From Lama guanicoe (taxonomy: Eukaryota), in NCBI GenBank assembly GCA_013239625.1, contig MU054212.1:4262650-4326649 (forward strand): a stretch of 64,000 bases of DNA, in the 5' to 3' direction. Every line of letters begins with the position of its first letter. The first letter of the stretch is position 1. The notes under the pieces were generated by a model. The model saw nothing but the letters and a program-made list of their open reading frames with translations. It was not told the origin of the DNA and searched no databases. Below, piece by piece: positions 50,706 through 63,532 of this stretch. The translations under genes and the position numbers were made by a program.

Positions 50706-51184
50706 GTCTAACGGCAAACTCTATTTTTCCTTCCACAAGCAGAGTGGGAGGGTTTACCCTATTACTTAGGTGTTATCCTGAGATCCTAGTTAGGGCAGAG
50801 TTTTCAGAAAGAGTCTACTGCTCTGCCCTCTCAAAAGGTCATTCAAATTAACTACTTCTTGGTTTAGACTCTATCTTAAGTAAATGAAATGCAATTGCAA
50901 AAGAAGAAAAGTAGCCAAAATTTACTGAGAATTGATGTTTTTCAGAATCAGTGAACTGTGCTCAGCCCATTTTGGCAGACGACGCTTTCCTTTGTTCAAT
51001 TAATAGACACAGTCGCTAACAGAAGGTTTTCTAGAAAGTCTCTTAAAAGAGTAGTTTATTTGAAGTCATTCAAGTGACTGAGCCAAACAGTGCATCCTTC
51101 AGCAGCCTAAACGGCGGGGTGTCTGGATATCAGTTTGTGAAGATCAGGAAGGCAGAGCTCCAGCTTCTGGATAAGCTGGCCTAT

Positions 51185-51650
51185 TTGCTTAGTGAATCAA
51201 ATGTTTCTGAGGGACAATTATGTACCAGTGATGTTTGGTGATACATGGGAAAGAGAACAGAGAAGAATCCTGTCTCTGTCTGCAAGGATGTATAATCTCC
51301 ATGAAGAGACTGAGATAAGTATCGACAAATAGCAATGAATGTCGCACAACCAAAGGCAATAATAGCATTGCAGAGCATGGCAGAGGAAGGAATAATGCCA
51401 GCACTGTATTATTATTAACAATGTTAGTACCGTGGGATGTGAAGAAGGTTTGCAAGAAAATATGGTAGACTGTCTGGAAGTTGAATTTTGAAGGGTGAAG
51501 TAAGCTTTCCATGAAAGTAGGGGGGGCACACATTCTAGGGATAGTATGAGCAGTTATGGCTTTGTGAATTGCAAGTGGATGTTGTGAAGAAGTCACTAGC
51601 TCTGTGTAGCTGGAACAATGAGTGTTTGAAGGATACAGGCTCATAGAAGG
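51185..51650 (-). mobile_element. LINE-2 3' region
   Basis: 'gaatcaaatgtttctgagggacaattatgtaccag', 'cctgtctctgtctgcaaggatgtataatct', 'ttgaattttgaagggtgaagta'. Confidence 0.7.
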
Positions 51651-51999
51651 AAGAAGATACTTGAAATCTTCACCTTACCGAGGAACAGGCTGAGCCCAGG
51701 TACCCTGGCTACGAAGCAGGGCTCTCTGTTTTAACCTGTGCGCACTAAGAGATTGAGGTTGTCCAGGTAAGGTAGGATTGGGTTGCACATGGCTGGTTAT
51801 CTGTCCTTTGCTGAGACCATGGCTGAAAAAGACTCGTCAAGGCTAACTAGCAAAATGTAGTGGGTAGAGTGGGGGTGATAAATGATTTTTTTATTAGCGG
51901 GCATCAAATTTTCTTGAAGGAACAGCCTACTTTAGGTCATTACCTTGACATACAGGATTGGCTAGAGTAGCCTCCTTGGAAAAGGAACACGCTGTGTCT

Positions 52000-52135
52000 C
52001 TTCCTATATAAAATACGGGTAACAGCAGTGTCTTCCTCGCAGACCACTAGGACAATAACTGACAGCATTTGTTCCTAATACAGTGCCAGGCACACAGCAA
52101 ATGTGAGATGAATGTTAGATATTATTATTGTTGTT
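52000..52135 (+). mobile_element. MIR 3' half
   Basis: 'cttcctatataaaatacgggtaacagcag..aatacagtgccaggcacacagcaaatg..aatgttagatattattatt'. Confidence 0.7.
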
Positions 52136-52899
52136 GTTGCTATGGTTGTTGGCATTTCTGGAAGCGGGAAGAAGAGGAGTGAGGAGGAAATAGCACTACC
52201 AAGAAAAGTATAAGCCCTGAGTGAGACATGAACCGAAGTTTATGGGTGGAGAAAAGCAGAGGGGGCGAGAGAGATGTGAGGGGTTCCTTCCTAGTGAATA
52301 AAATTGCTAGACATGATTGAGAAACTTTGAGCAATTAAAACATCTCATCAATTTAACTTACTGGTTTCTCATTTTTACTTTCCAAGTGGAAGCTAGAAGC
52401 CAAGGCACAGCTGATCAGGGAGGGGCAAATGTAGTCCAGAAATTTTGCAGAAATCTTCAAGAGGGCCACAGAGTCAAGAACTTCACTGGGTGTGATGGGG
52501 AGGGGGGGGTCATAAAGGGATTCAGCTAGGGGTTAGGGGGCAGCTAGACGCTAACTGCTTTCCCACGCCCAGAAAACCAGAGCTTTTATATAGCAATTGA
52601 CTTGTTAAATTCCTCAGCTAGGAACTCCAGGAATAATGTAAAAATTTGCCTGGTTAATAATACTTAAAGAGTTCTCTTTTCCTATGGTTTTTATATTGAT
52701 ACTTTCTATTGTTACTATGTGATTCAGTAAAACATAACCAACTCTCTATATAAGTATGTGTTTCAGTTTAAATTTTATGATATGCTGTTGGCTTGAAACA
52801 GTGCTCAATGCTAGCTTAGAAATGGATTCACAAGTGCTTTGAAAAGTGCTTTGGGATTTTGAGACAACAGTTATATGTCAAATTTTTTTATTGGGTGGG

Positions 52900-53280
52900 G
52901 GAGCTCAGTGGGAAGTACATTGGACTGGAAATCAGGAGATCTTGAACAAATTACATCCAGTTGAATTATAATTTCCTTTCCTCTAAAAGAAAGTGAATGC
53001 TTATTTCACAGAGTCATTGGCATAATAAAACATCTCTGCTTGCCTAGTACAGGGCTAGGAATATAACTGCAGTTTTAAAAAAATTTGTATGCATTCTTTC
53101 AGCAAATGTTTCTTGGCTACTTACTATGTGGCAAATCGTATCCCCGGTGCTGGGGGCAAAGCAATGAAGAAGATTCTCCCTACCCTTACAAAGCTCGATT
53201 CTAATGAGAATTTAGGAAACACACACACATAAATAAAATAGTTATAAACTTTACTAATTACATGAAGAAAACCAACAAAT
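52900..53280. mobile_element. MIR (+, 52900-53060) and L2 3' end (-, 53090-53280)
   Basis: 'cagtgggaagtacattggactggaaatcaggagatcttg'; 'gcattctttcagcaaatgtttcttggctacttactatgtggca'. Confidence 0.65.
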
Positions 53281-53325
53281 GGCTGAACAGAGGTGGTATA
53301 TTTTAGATAAGCTTGATGATTTTAT

Positions 53326-53788
53326 TTCATTTTATTTTTTTACTTTTTTGTTGACATACAGCCAGTTTACAATGTGTCAGTTTCTGGTATACAGCACAAT
53401 AGTTCAGTCATACACATACATGCATATATTCGTTGTCAGATTCTTTTTCATTATAGGTTACTACAAACTATTCAGCATAGTTCCCTGTGCTATGCAGTAT
53501 AAACTTGTTGTTTATCTATTTTATATATAGTAGCTAGTATCTGCAAGTCTCGATCTCCCAATTTATCCGTTCCCACCTCCTCCCCTCCGGTAACTGTAAG
53601 TTTGTTTTCTATGACTCTGAATCTGTTTCTGTTTTGTAAATAAGTTCATTTTTTCGTTTTGTTTTGTTTTTTATGATTCCACATGTAAGTGAATATTATA
53701 TGATTTTTTTTTCTCTTTCTGGCCCACTGCACTTAGAATGACAACCTCCAGGTCCATCCATGTTGCTGCAATGGCATTAGTTTTTTAT
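53326..53788 (-). mobile_element. Relatively young 5'-truncated L1 with a perfect 13-bp TSD
   Basis: 'cagtttacaatgtgtcagtttctggtatacagca..atagttccctgtgctatgcagt..gattccacatgtaagtga..cacttagaatgacaacctccaggtccatccatgttgctgca'. TTGATGATTTTAT at 53313-53325 and 53789-53801. Confidence 0.95.
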
Positions 53789-55129
53789 TTGATGATTTTA
53801 TCGCTTGCTATCAAGAGGTCACTATTTCTGAATGACATGGATTTAAGAGACTCTTATTCTAAGTGTAAAGCAGGTCATAATATATATTTATTTTCACCTT
53901 TCCTTTCAACTCTAACATGCCACCTGTTTGGCTTTGGATGATCTCTGTTGGGTCAAAAATATCCGAAAACTCAATTGTAGTGGCTTAGTTTTATTGCTGG
54001 TTGTGAACACGTAACTTATACCACTCTGCCGTCTACTCCATCCAAATCTGAATAATTATTTCAACTTGGAAAGGTAAAGTATTAAAAGTTGGGGCAACAA
54101 GGTTTGTAACAGCATCTTGTTATGAATCATGTGTCAAAGGAAATATCTGCTTTGTAATTTACAGCCTTTCAAATACTGAAAGTTGGCAAGTATCTGAATC
54201 TATGCATTTATTATTCTTTTTAGTGGAAAAATAAACCACTGCTTACTTGACTCATCTAAATAACCATTTTACGACTCAAGCTGCTCTCTTTTCTGCTGTG
54301 ACAGGGCAGCTCGAGTTTTAGAACCATTTTTAGCCGAATGTTAATATATATAGAAATCATTAAGTGGAACACTTAGCTCTCTCCTTAAAATGTTTTTTGA
54401 AGAAAAGAAATGCATGCCTAAGGAACTTTTGGAGTTACATACTCTGACTTTATCTGAGAACTTGTTGTAGTAGAAGGTTATAAAGAGAAAAACAGTACAG
54501 ATTTACGATTCTGATATAACTCCTTGGGCCAGCTGTTTCTAGAAGCTTAAGGCATCTTTTGAGTTGAGCTAAGCACGGCCTCGTACAATACGGAAGTTCA
54601 AAGGGACCTAAGAATGATTGCTGAAACTGACAAGTGGTCAGGCTCTGCTAAGAAGCTCACGGAGTATGTCCTTTCCTGGATTCCCTCCCCTAGTCACACT
54701 GACTCAAATCCCCACAGGGTCGGGCCAAGGAACCTGTATGTTTCGCACGTTCTCAAAATGATGAGCAGCTGAATTTGGAAGCGTTTTTAAAATGAAGTTG
54801 AGGACATGGAGGTCCACTGTCACTTGTTCTGTTTTGTAATGAAGAGTTATTTTAAATCGTGTATCATGTAGACAGTATAATGTAGAGGCAGGGGATGCCG
54901 AGGTGAAAAAACATGATCCCTGAATCTCAAATATATATTATTATTGTTAGTATCAAAGGGTTACAATCATGTAAATAAGAATGCATACCTATTTACATAG
55001 AGCATCAGAGACAGAGAATGTATTTTTATTTCCCTACTCTCCCTCCTTTTTTACCTAAAGCAGAGTTACAACACACATGATTAAAACATTTCCTTCATGG
55101 GAATAATAGACTGAACGTAAAAGAATAGA

Positions 55130-55350
55130 AGTTACCATGTATTTAACACACAGAGTATTCTAGGCACTGTACTTGGTGCTCCTCTTGCGTTGACATACAA
55201 TCCTCACAACGACTTTACGAAGCAGGGGCTATCATTCTTATTTTATAACCGATGGAACTGAAGTTTAAGTAACTTGCTCAAAGCCCCACAGCCTGGGGTC
55301 AGTAGCCCCACTTGAAGCTGAGGTTCAGAGTTAGTGTGCTTCTTCACCGT
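55130..55350 (-). mobile_element. MIR SINE
   Basis: 'ctaggcactgtact..aatcctcacaacgact..ggaactgaagtttaagtaacttgctcaaagccccacagc'. Confidence 0.8.
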
Positions 55351-56177
55351 ATGATTGCATCTCTCCGGAATAAAGCAAAAGCAAAAAAAAAAAAATTTTT
55401 TAGCATTAAAAAACCCAGTGGTGCATTGTTGATAGTGACAAACGAGACAATGGCTTTCTGACATTCCGTAAGATGGAACTCACCGGGATAACTAAGCATC
55501 GTTAAGCCCTTTGTTTCTGTTTCCATAAAATACACATCACCGCCCCCAACAACATACTGAACACAGGGAAAGAGCACTCTTTGCAGACCCAGGAGAAAAA
55601 TAAATCACCCTGAGATTTGACAACAATAAATTTTTCACTGCGCACTAATCAAACAGATAGAAAGAGGGCCATGGCATGTGATTTACTTAATTCAATCTTC
55701 GAGGGAGGAGAGGGAGGTAGTTCATAGAGCTGTAGCTGTACACATCGACAGAAACCAGCAGGGTCAGCGGCACGAAAGGATGTCACTCTCCCAATGACGG
55801 ATGCAAATGCATAGGCGGCTCTGTCTGCCTCTGTTACATGTGGCGCAGCCTGCTTCCTGTCAGAAAAACCAGACTTTTGTTTGGGAACTGAGTCCTGTTG
55901 TTCCTATTTAACCTACCCTCATTGTGGGGTGAAGCGTTTCTCAGGGAATTCTCTCAAGGCTGCTCTGGCAACCAAAAGGACCAGGCAGCCCTTCTTAATA
56001 TCAGTGCGTGAATGTGGAGAGATGAGTACAGACAAGTTGCTTCTTTACTCCTTGGAGTGCTTGGGCCACCTGAGGCTCCCTTTAGGATATTTGTAAACCT
56101 GCTCTCAGACGCCTCCATTTCTAATGTCCCCTCCATCTTTGTATATGTTAAACATGTGAGTATAATTTGGGAACTAT

Positions 56178-56550
56178 ATCAGTCAGGACACTTTGGGTTC
56201 TGCTGCAATAACAAACAACCCCTAGATCTCAAAGGATAAGCCCAACAAAAGCTTGTATCTCACTCATACCACATGGCGGATGGTGGGTCCCCACTTTAAT
56301 CACCTAGAGAGTCAGGCTGAAAGATCTATCTTGACACGTGCTTTTACAGTAACCAGGAGGGAGGAAAAGGGGATGTGGTAATTACACACTGGCTCATAAA
56401 GCTTCTGTCTGGAAGAAATAAATGTTACTTCAGATTACTTTTCACTGGCCAAAGCGAGTCACATGACTGTGACTAATTTCAAAGGGAAGGGAGCAATACA
56501 ACACTCACATGCTGAGAAAATGTGACACAGAGTATACATGCACAGTCCTA
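56178..56550 (-). mobile_element. MLT1 LTR
   Basis: 'atcagtcagga..ttctgctgcaataacaaacaacccc', 'ggctcataaagcttctgtctggaag', 'ttcactggccaaagcgagtcacatg'. Confidence 0.8.
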
Positions 56551-57620
56551 ATGGAAAAGGACACACTTAGGAGTCATAGACATGCTGGTGAGTGCCGAGA
56601 GTGTAGGAGAGTCCATGATCTAATCTCTTGGATTCCTAGTTACTTGATTTCGTGAATGTTCCTCCTTAAGAGTCCCCCTGCACCTCAGCCTAGGGTCAGT
56701 CTTGACCATCGTGGATATTTTCTTCTTTGCAGAACAAGGAGGAAAAAGAATTAGGAACAAAGAATATGGACCATACACTTTCTGAGAGGCTTATGTGCTG
56801 TTTTTAAGAATAAAAACATAATAGCTTTTGCCAAAAAAAAAAAAAACAGATGACAGGTGACAGTGTATGTTTCTTGCTCAAGTCTATTCAAGACTCTTCA
56901 AAAATGTCTAAAAGGCTTGCTACGCAATACCTGTATCACACTGCCCCTCATCACTGCTCACGCTGGTCCAGGTGGTTAGGTTTTTTGTTAATTTTTAAAG
57001 TTAGGGGCCTACAGAGGCTGTTATTAATGGCTGTGAAATGGAGTGGTGGCCACAGTCTTATCCTCAATGGCCACCTTGCAGCTGGCTCTCCTGTGGGGTG
57101 AACTCACCCCTCCTGGGCACATTGTTCCAAATAACTGCCACCCCACCCCACACAGTGTCTGCCTCATTTCCAAAAGCTACCCCGTTGTTGATATCATAGT
57201 TGCTCAGTTTGAAGGAGGAGTCAGTGAATTCCACGGGTGTTCTCACGTAGTAGGAAAACACAAGAGGAAAGTCCTAGGTTGCTAAGATTTCTCGTTGAAT
57301 TTCACATCGCATAAGGGTGTGCCTCGGAGTGACAGATTTTGTTTATCTCACCAGAAAATCTGGTACAATATTCTTGGAAAGAACAGAGAAATAAAATGAA
57401 ATGAGTATTCAATTTACCCTCATATTTCAATTCTCTTCTCTGCAAACCCAAGGAAGAGACTGTGCCCTCCCATTACAACCCAGGTACCATTTTTAGTCCC
57501 TCCAGAGTACTTTTTCTGGTAGAAATAGTGGGCCTTGAAATCACTGATTTACCAGGAATCCATGTAGTTAGTACCTTCTCATCCACTCCAGCAGTAAGTC
57601 CTATTGGCTCCATCTTCAGG

Positions 57621-57740
57621 TTTTTTTTTTAATTGAAGTAGAGTTGATTTATAATGTTGTGTTAGTTTCTGGTGTACAGCATAGTGATTCAGTTCCGTAT
57701 ATATATTCTTTTTCATCTTCTTTATTATTTTAAGTTATTA
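57621..57740 (-). mobile_element. Short L1 3'-end stub
   Basis: polyT followed by 'aattgaagtagagttgatttataatgttgtgttagtttctggtgtacagcatagtgattcagtt'. Confidence 0.88.
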
Positions 57741-58199
57741 TCCCTTTTCCACCACTTTCGGCACAATTCACCTAGTCCAAGCCACCACTGTGTCTCACCT
57801 GGGGTATTAAAACAGCTTCCTAAGTGACCTGAATGAGTCTGTTTTTGCTCTGCTACAGTCTATTCTCCACCCAGAAGCCATAATGATCTTTTTCAGAGTA
57901 AATCACTCCCTGTTCACAACCATTCAGCAGATCCATATTGCACGTACAGTGAGATCAAATCCATTTACAGTGGTATACAAACGTCCGACCTCAGCCCCTG
58001 CCACTCTTCTCTGTCTCTGTTCCAGCCAAATGGTCAACTTACTGTTCCTTGAACACAATAAACATATTCGAGGTGTTTATACATTTTTTTCCCTCACTGC
58101 TTAAAATGATTTCTCCAAAACATTCCCAACGTTTGCTTCTTCATTTGATTTAAGTGTCTGGTCAAATGTCACCTTACCAGAGGACCTTTTCTTGACGCC

Positions 58200-58736
58200 A
58201 TGTTCATTTTCTATTGCTTTGTGAAAAGTATCCCAAAACGCAGCAGCTTGAAGCAATAAATACTTGTCATCACATAGTTATAAACTGTGGGCCAGGAATC
58301 TGGGAGCAGCTTCGCCTGATGATTCTGACTGAGAGGCTCCAGTCAGATCAGCCAAGGCTGTAGTCATCGGGGCTTTAACTGGAGCTGGAGGTTCCTCTTA
58401 AGAGGTGGCTTGTTCACAGACCTAACAAGTTAATGCTGGTTGTCCGCAGAGGGCCTTAGCTCCTCACCACGGGGACATCTTCTGGAGACAGTTGAGTGTC
58501 TTTGCAACATGGCAGCTGATGCTCTCCAGAGAGAGTCCTCCAGGACACAGAGAAAAAAGAAAAGGTCCCAGTGCTGTTCATATCTGAACCTTGGATGTCA
58601 ACACACCTTGTCTTCCACCATATTCTATTTGTTAGATACTAAACCTGGCCCTCACTCAAGGGAAAAGAAATTAGGTTCTATCTTTTGAAGGGAAGAGTAT
58701 CAGAGAATTTGCAGACTTATTTTTTAAATCATCATA
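58200..58736 (-). mobile_element. MLT1 LTR
   Basis: 'tctattgct..cccaaaacgcagcagcttgaagcaataaa', 'ctgtgggccaggaatctgggagcagctt', 'aacatggcagctg', 'tattctatttgttaga', end 'ttttaaatcatcata'. Confidence 0.85.
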
Positions 58737-58839
58737 ACAAAAACTACATTCCCCATATCACCCTTCCTACAACTACTTCCCCTTCCCCTGCTTCACTTAA
58801 TGTTACGCCACATATCACTCATGATGTATCTTTTAAGAA

Positions 58840-59140
58840 GCAACAAGGTAAAATTAAAAGTATGGACTCTGAGACCAGACTGTCTTACTTTAAATTCCAA
58901 CTGTACATCTTACAGGAAATAAAACCTTGGACAGATGACATAACTTCTCCATGCCTCAGTTTTCACATCTGTAAAATGGGATACTCTTAGCACCTACCTT
59001 AAAGGCAGTTGTGATGAGGAATAAAGGAATAGATAGATAGATAGATAGATAGTTAGATAGATAGATAATAGGTAGAAATAGCACCTAGCACAAAAACTTC
59101 AAAAGTATTACACGTTATTGGCACTACTAATTACTATTAT
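58840..59140 (+). mobile_element. MIR with an internal (GATA)n microsatellite (59029-59067)
   Basis: 'tatggactctgagaccagactg..taacttctccatgcctcagttttcacatctgtaaaatgggata..cacctacctt'. Confidence 0.9.
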
Positions 59141-60829
59141 TTTTAGTAAACAAACAAGTATTTGTTTAATCCTTCCTTACTAGAATGCAGTTCACATCAA
59201 TGCAGGGAATTTGTTCACGGCTATGTTCTCAGAGACTACAATAGATTTTCAAAACTACATTGTGAATGAATTTGTGCACCAGCAGGGAACAATGTTGGGT
59301 GATATAGTTCAGGTTTGGTGGCCATAAATGCACTCAGATATACTCATTAATTCGTCCACCCATTCCTGCATTCAAAATGTTCTTTGTTGAGTGCTTTCTA
59401 AAAGTCTGACATACAGTAGCACCTATTTAAAGCCATCATCCTCCCACTCTGATATAAATTAAGTGTTATATCAGAAGACAGTAGATTTAAGATGGAAGAA
59501 TCACAGAAGAATCGAGAGGAAAAAAGCCATCGGAAGTAAGATAACCTGCGACTATGCCCAGAGCTGGTATTATATTGGTAATTAGACCATTTACAAGCGT
59601 TTATACATTGTCTCAGTGGGAAATACGTAGTTTCAAGTGCTATAGCTTTTTATAGTAAAGACCATTAATTAATTTTGAACAATTGTAAGAGAAGTACGTG
59701 GGTGAGGAATAAGAACCTTGGTAGAAGATATACTCAGATAAATGCTGTCAGGGTCTCCACCGAGGTTCTCTTAGGGTGGTGTACAGGCTTCGTAAGTTTA
59801 ATTTCTACAACAATCCTAGAATTTCTTAACAAATTAATGATCCACAGAAAATAGGGGTCCATTACCCATTTTCTTTCAAAATTCAAAAGCTGAAAGTTTA
59901 AACAAATTTGGAGTATAAAATTTGTATTTTAACTACACGGTACATGAGGAATTTCCCCTTTTGCCTGAAGGAGGGCAAGCCAAGCAGAATGTGACTCACA
60001 CAGCTGTCGACATTGGCCATCAACCACAGACAGACCTCAGCCCGAGGCCCATTCTGGAAGAAAACCGAAAACATGTCATGCCCATGTGAAATCACCACCC
60101 TTACTCCTGCACCTGCAGTTTGCTGTTTGGAGTTGTTTAATGGAAACCTCAAGTCCCCGGAAACCAAGTGTAATTGACGGAAGGTGGCTGTGCTCTACCG
60201 CAAGGACATGTGTGTTAGCAGGTCCTAGTCCACCCAACCACGGGCATGGCCAGCTGCTCTGGAGCGCGGCCGTCCTTCAGCCAGGAAAACAAACAACAAA
60301 CAAACAAATAGCACACTCCCTTTTAATTGATTGCTTCTAGCAAGAAACCTGGTGATGAGGGAACAGGCCTAGACAAGGTCTGGAGGGCATTCACCTTTCC
60401 GTCTTATCCCTGCTTCTTTTCTTAATCGTATAATGTTCATTTTATTTTTTGCTTCTCATGTAAACCCACACACCAAGGTGCCATAAGTATTTTCTTTGCT
60501 TAGCATTAGATTGTGGATTAAAGTGATAACTGCAAAATTATTCTGTGCTTCTAAGCAAAGAGTAAATAATTTAAATCTATTTCTGCCTCTTGGAAACCAA
60601 AACAAGTACCGATCTTACAAGTAAGGTATTTATGCAAGACAGATAACAAATGTGTCGTTTAAATAAAATACTTCTGCAAGACAGATAAGTTAAATGTTGG
60701 ATTGCTTCATGGAGGTATTACAGACGGACCTAATGGCTGGTGCATTACTAATTACAGAACTGTTTTAATTGTGATATAATATATTTTAAGCTCATTAGAA
60801 AGTAACGAAGAGGGAGAGAGCCTACTTTT

Positions 60830-61660
60830 TTCCCTTTGTTAATTCAGTTAATAAATAAATATATATTACACCTGTTACGGGTCTGTTACGTGCTAGGCAT
60901 GGAGGATACAAAGTAGACAAAACATGAATGGTCTCTAAACTCCGGGTGCTTATGTCAGCATTGAGCGTAAGGAAAGCAAACGTTAAACAAATAATCACAC
61001 TAACCATGGTTGGGGGTGGTGGTGAGGCGGGGTGAAGTATGTCTGTACAAGTGTCTTGAAAGACAAGTATAGTGATTTACTCATTTAAATAATATATTTG
61101 TTTACTACGTGTGCCCCTTTCCCTTCTGGGTTTGTGGTGGAATGAACAAACAAAGGCAAACATCTCTGTTTTTATTAAATAAAATAGGCAAAGTATCTGT
61201 CTCCTGGAGAGGCAATAAACAAATAGGTACGTTCTAGGGCGGAATGCGTCAAGGAGAAGCACGGTGGGAAACAGGAGGAGGTGTGGTCAGAGTGGTCCTA
61301 TGATGCGGTGGGGAGATGGATGATGTAGGGCCTTCTAGCCAACTTCAAAGGCACTGGCTTTTACCCGAGGGAAATGTGAGGCTTTGGGGGGTTGTGAGAA
61401 ATGGCATGGTTTGACACGTCTTTAAAAGATGACTCTGGCTGTAAGGATCAAGGTGGAATCAGAGAGAGCAGTGAGAAGTCCATTTTATGTTCCAGGCACA
61501 AATAAGGGTGGTTCAGAATCTCTTGGCAACATGATAGGCAGTGAAAAGAGGCTATTTTCTGGATATAATTTCAAGGTGGTGCAACCGGGTTAGCTGCTAG
61601 ACTGAAATAGGAATAGGAAAGAGAGGTCAGGGAGAATGCTAAGCAGCTCGGAACTAGTGA
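60830..61660 (-). mobile_element. LINE-2 3' region (possibly two copies)
   Basis: 'aattcagttaataaataaatat..gtgctaggcatggaggatacaaagtagacaaaaca', 'gtagggccttctagccaacttcaaaggcactggctttta', 'tttaaaagatgactctggctg'. Confidence 0.75.
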
Positions 61661-63019
61661 TGTCTTTTAAGGGAAGTCTGTCTTTCTTGAGAGAGTAACG
61701 CGTGTGTTGATATTGGCAGGAGTAGTAAGAACTAACTAGAAAAAGGGTAAGGATGGACACAATCTAGAGGTTAAGAATTGGTGTGTCCCTAGGAGAAGGA
61801 AAGGTAAATAGTTTTTTTTTTCATTAAGCTGAAATTAAAGTGTATTTATTATACAAGTCAAACTTTTAGAGAGTGTATTATTTGCAACACCGTGTACTGT
61901 TAAAGCGGCGCATATAGCGCTGTGTTAATCATGAGTTCTCAAATTAGGCTCCACATTAATTAGGTTTATTGTACATGCATTTAATACATTTTATTTCAAA
62001 ATTACTATTATAGAATGTTTTTCTTGATACGACTTACCTGTACCCAACCAAGGAGAGAATAACACAAGTTGTGTGTTTTTCCAAAATCACATTCCAGGGC
62101 TTCCTCTTAACAGCAAAAGGGAATGCAGGTTGTGCTGGTTTAATGGCCTGGCTGCTCTGGAACCTTCAACCGTAAATAAATTAGGAAACTTCCCGCCTGT
62201 TTCTAAGGATTCAAGACATGCATTGAACCTAAATCTGAACTATATTAAATCTGGTCACATATTTTAAATAATAAATCTAAGCAAATATGTACAGCATCAG
62301 CAAATATGTGTAATATTCCCAAACATTTTCATTTTCTGTTAAATATTTACACCTTTTAATAGTTTGCTGTTTATTTTACTTATTCAATAATTGCTCATCT
62401 GTTTTCTGTTTCTTAAACACGGTGTTTATACAGAAGTCATAACACAAAGGCAGTGCCATCTACATTTTGTTTACTGCATTTTTAAATCATTGCCCTTGCA
62501 CTTTTATTTTACTTCAGTATTTTATGGTTTGTATTTTCATCTTTTAGAGAAGCTTCCAGAAGTACTTAGTCCCAGAGAACTCATTAACTGAATACAAAAA
62601 ATTAGTTTATTCAAACTGCCCTAAGTAATGATAATAAAAGACATCAAAGGCTTTGTGTTATGCTATTTATAAAACCGGGACCATCACGTTTGGTTTGATT
62701 TTTCTAAAGGAGGAAATCAAAAGTATCAGGCAGGATGCACAGAATTATGACAACGAAGCTTTTCCCAGCATGAAGCTGATAGAATAAAGGAAACCCTGTC
62801 AGGGACACATCTGGCTGTGCCGCTCATTCCAACATGATGCTTCAAGTCTCCTATTTTGAAAATCGTGGTAAACTACCCAGATCACATTCTCCATGGCTTT
62901 GGAAACTCAGATATGCTTTGGGGAGGAAAATTAACTTCTTTTTTCCCTTTTGTGTTTGCATTATATTCAGGCAACTTGTATTATGATCTAACTCATGGTC
63001 AGTTCAGAAAATCCAGTCT

Positions 63020-63525
63020 TTTTTTTTTTCGTTAAAGATTTCACTTTTTATTATTAAATATAATGCACAATGGCAAATGTACATAGAACATATATGTACA
63101 GCTTAACAGATACATATACAGTAGCATCCATGTAACCATTTCCCAGGAAAAGAAAGAACTTTGGTAGCAAAGAGATGTTCCCACAATCCTCTCCTATTCT
63201 CATTGTGTTTCTCCTTGTCCTGACTCTCATAATAACCACTTATTATTTTACATATACACAAATCCATAAACAAAGTTTAATTTTGCTATTTAAAAATATA
63301 AACATGGGAATGAGTCTGAGTCTATGCATGTGCCTTTGCTTCCATAGCTCAACATGAGATTATGTTTTAGAAATTCATATGGCTGCAGAAAGGAATACAA
63401 TTGTGGCTTATTTATTTTATTATAACATAACTATCAATGCTTTACTGTATAGCTCTTCATTTATTATACTGTTCATATTCTACTATTTCCAGTTCTTGGA
63501 TAGTATCAATATTGCTACTCTAAAA
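63020..63525 (-). mobile_element. Old L1 (L1M-type) 3'UTR fragment
   Basis: 'atatatgtacagcttaac', 'catccatgtaacca', 'tttgcttccatagctcaacat..tatgttttagaaattcat', 'tttccagttcttgga'. Confidence 0.7.
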
Positions 63526-63532
63526 AGTCCTT

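Larger units (their letters stand above)
57575..59275 (+). mobile_element. L2a-like element fragmented by three later insertions
   Basis: Colinear L2 pieces at 57575-57620, 57740-58200, 58740-58830 and 59155-59275, the last ending 'tagaatgcag..gcagggaatttgttcacggctatg..tgaatgaat'. Confidence 0.8.

Noticed and set aside
51189..51644. Longest ORF (151 aa, minus strand)
   Set aside because: Lies entirely in a decayed L2 3' region; no recognisable domain or splice context.
57064..57261. Protein-looking ORF (YYVRTPVEFTDSSFKLSNYDINNGVAFGNEAD...)
   Set aside because: Non-ATG start, no family I recognise and no convincing splice sites. A tblastn/PhyloCSF hit would be needed.
61850..61975. Possible Tigger-like MITE (tacaagtcaaact ... 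aggtttattgta)
   Set aside because: The terminal inverted repeats are too degenerate to call without a profile search.
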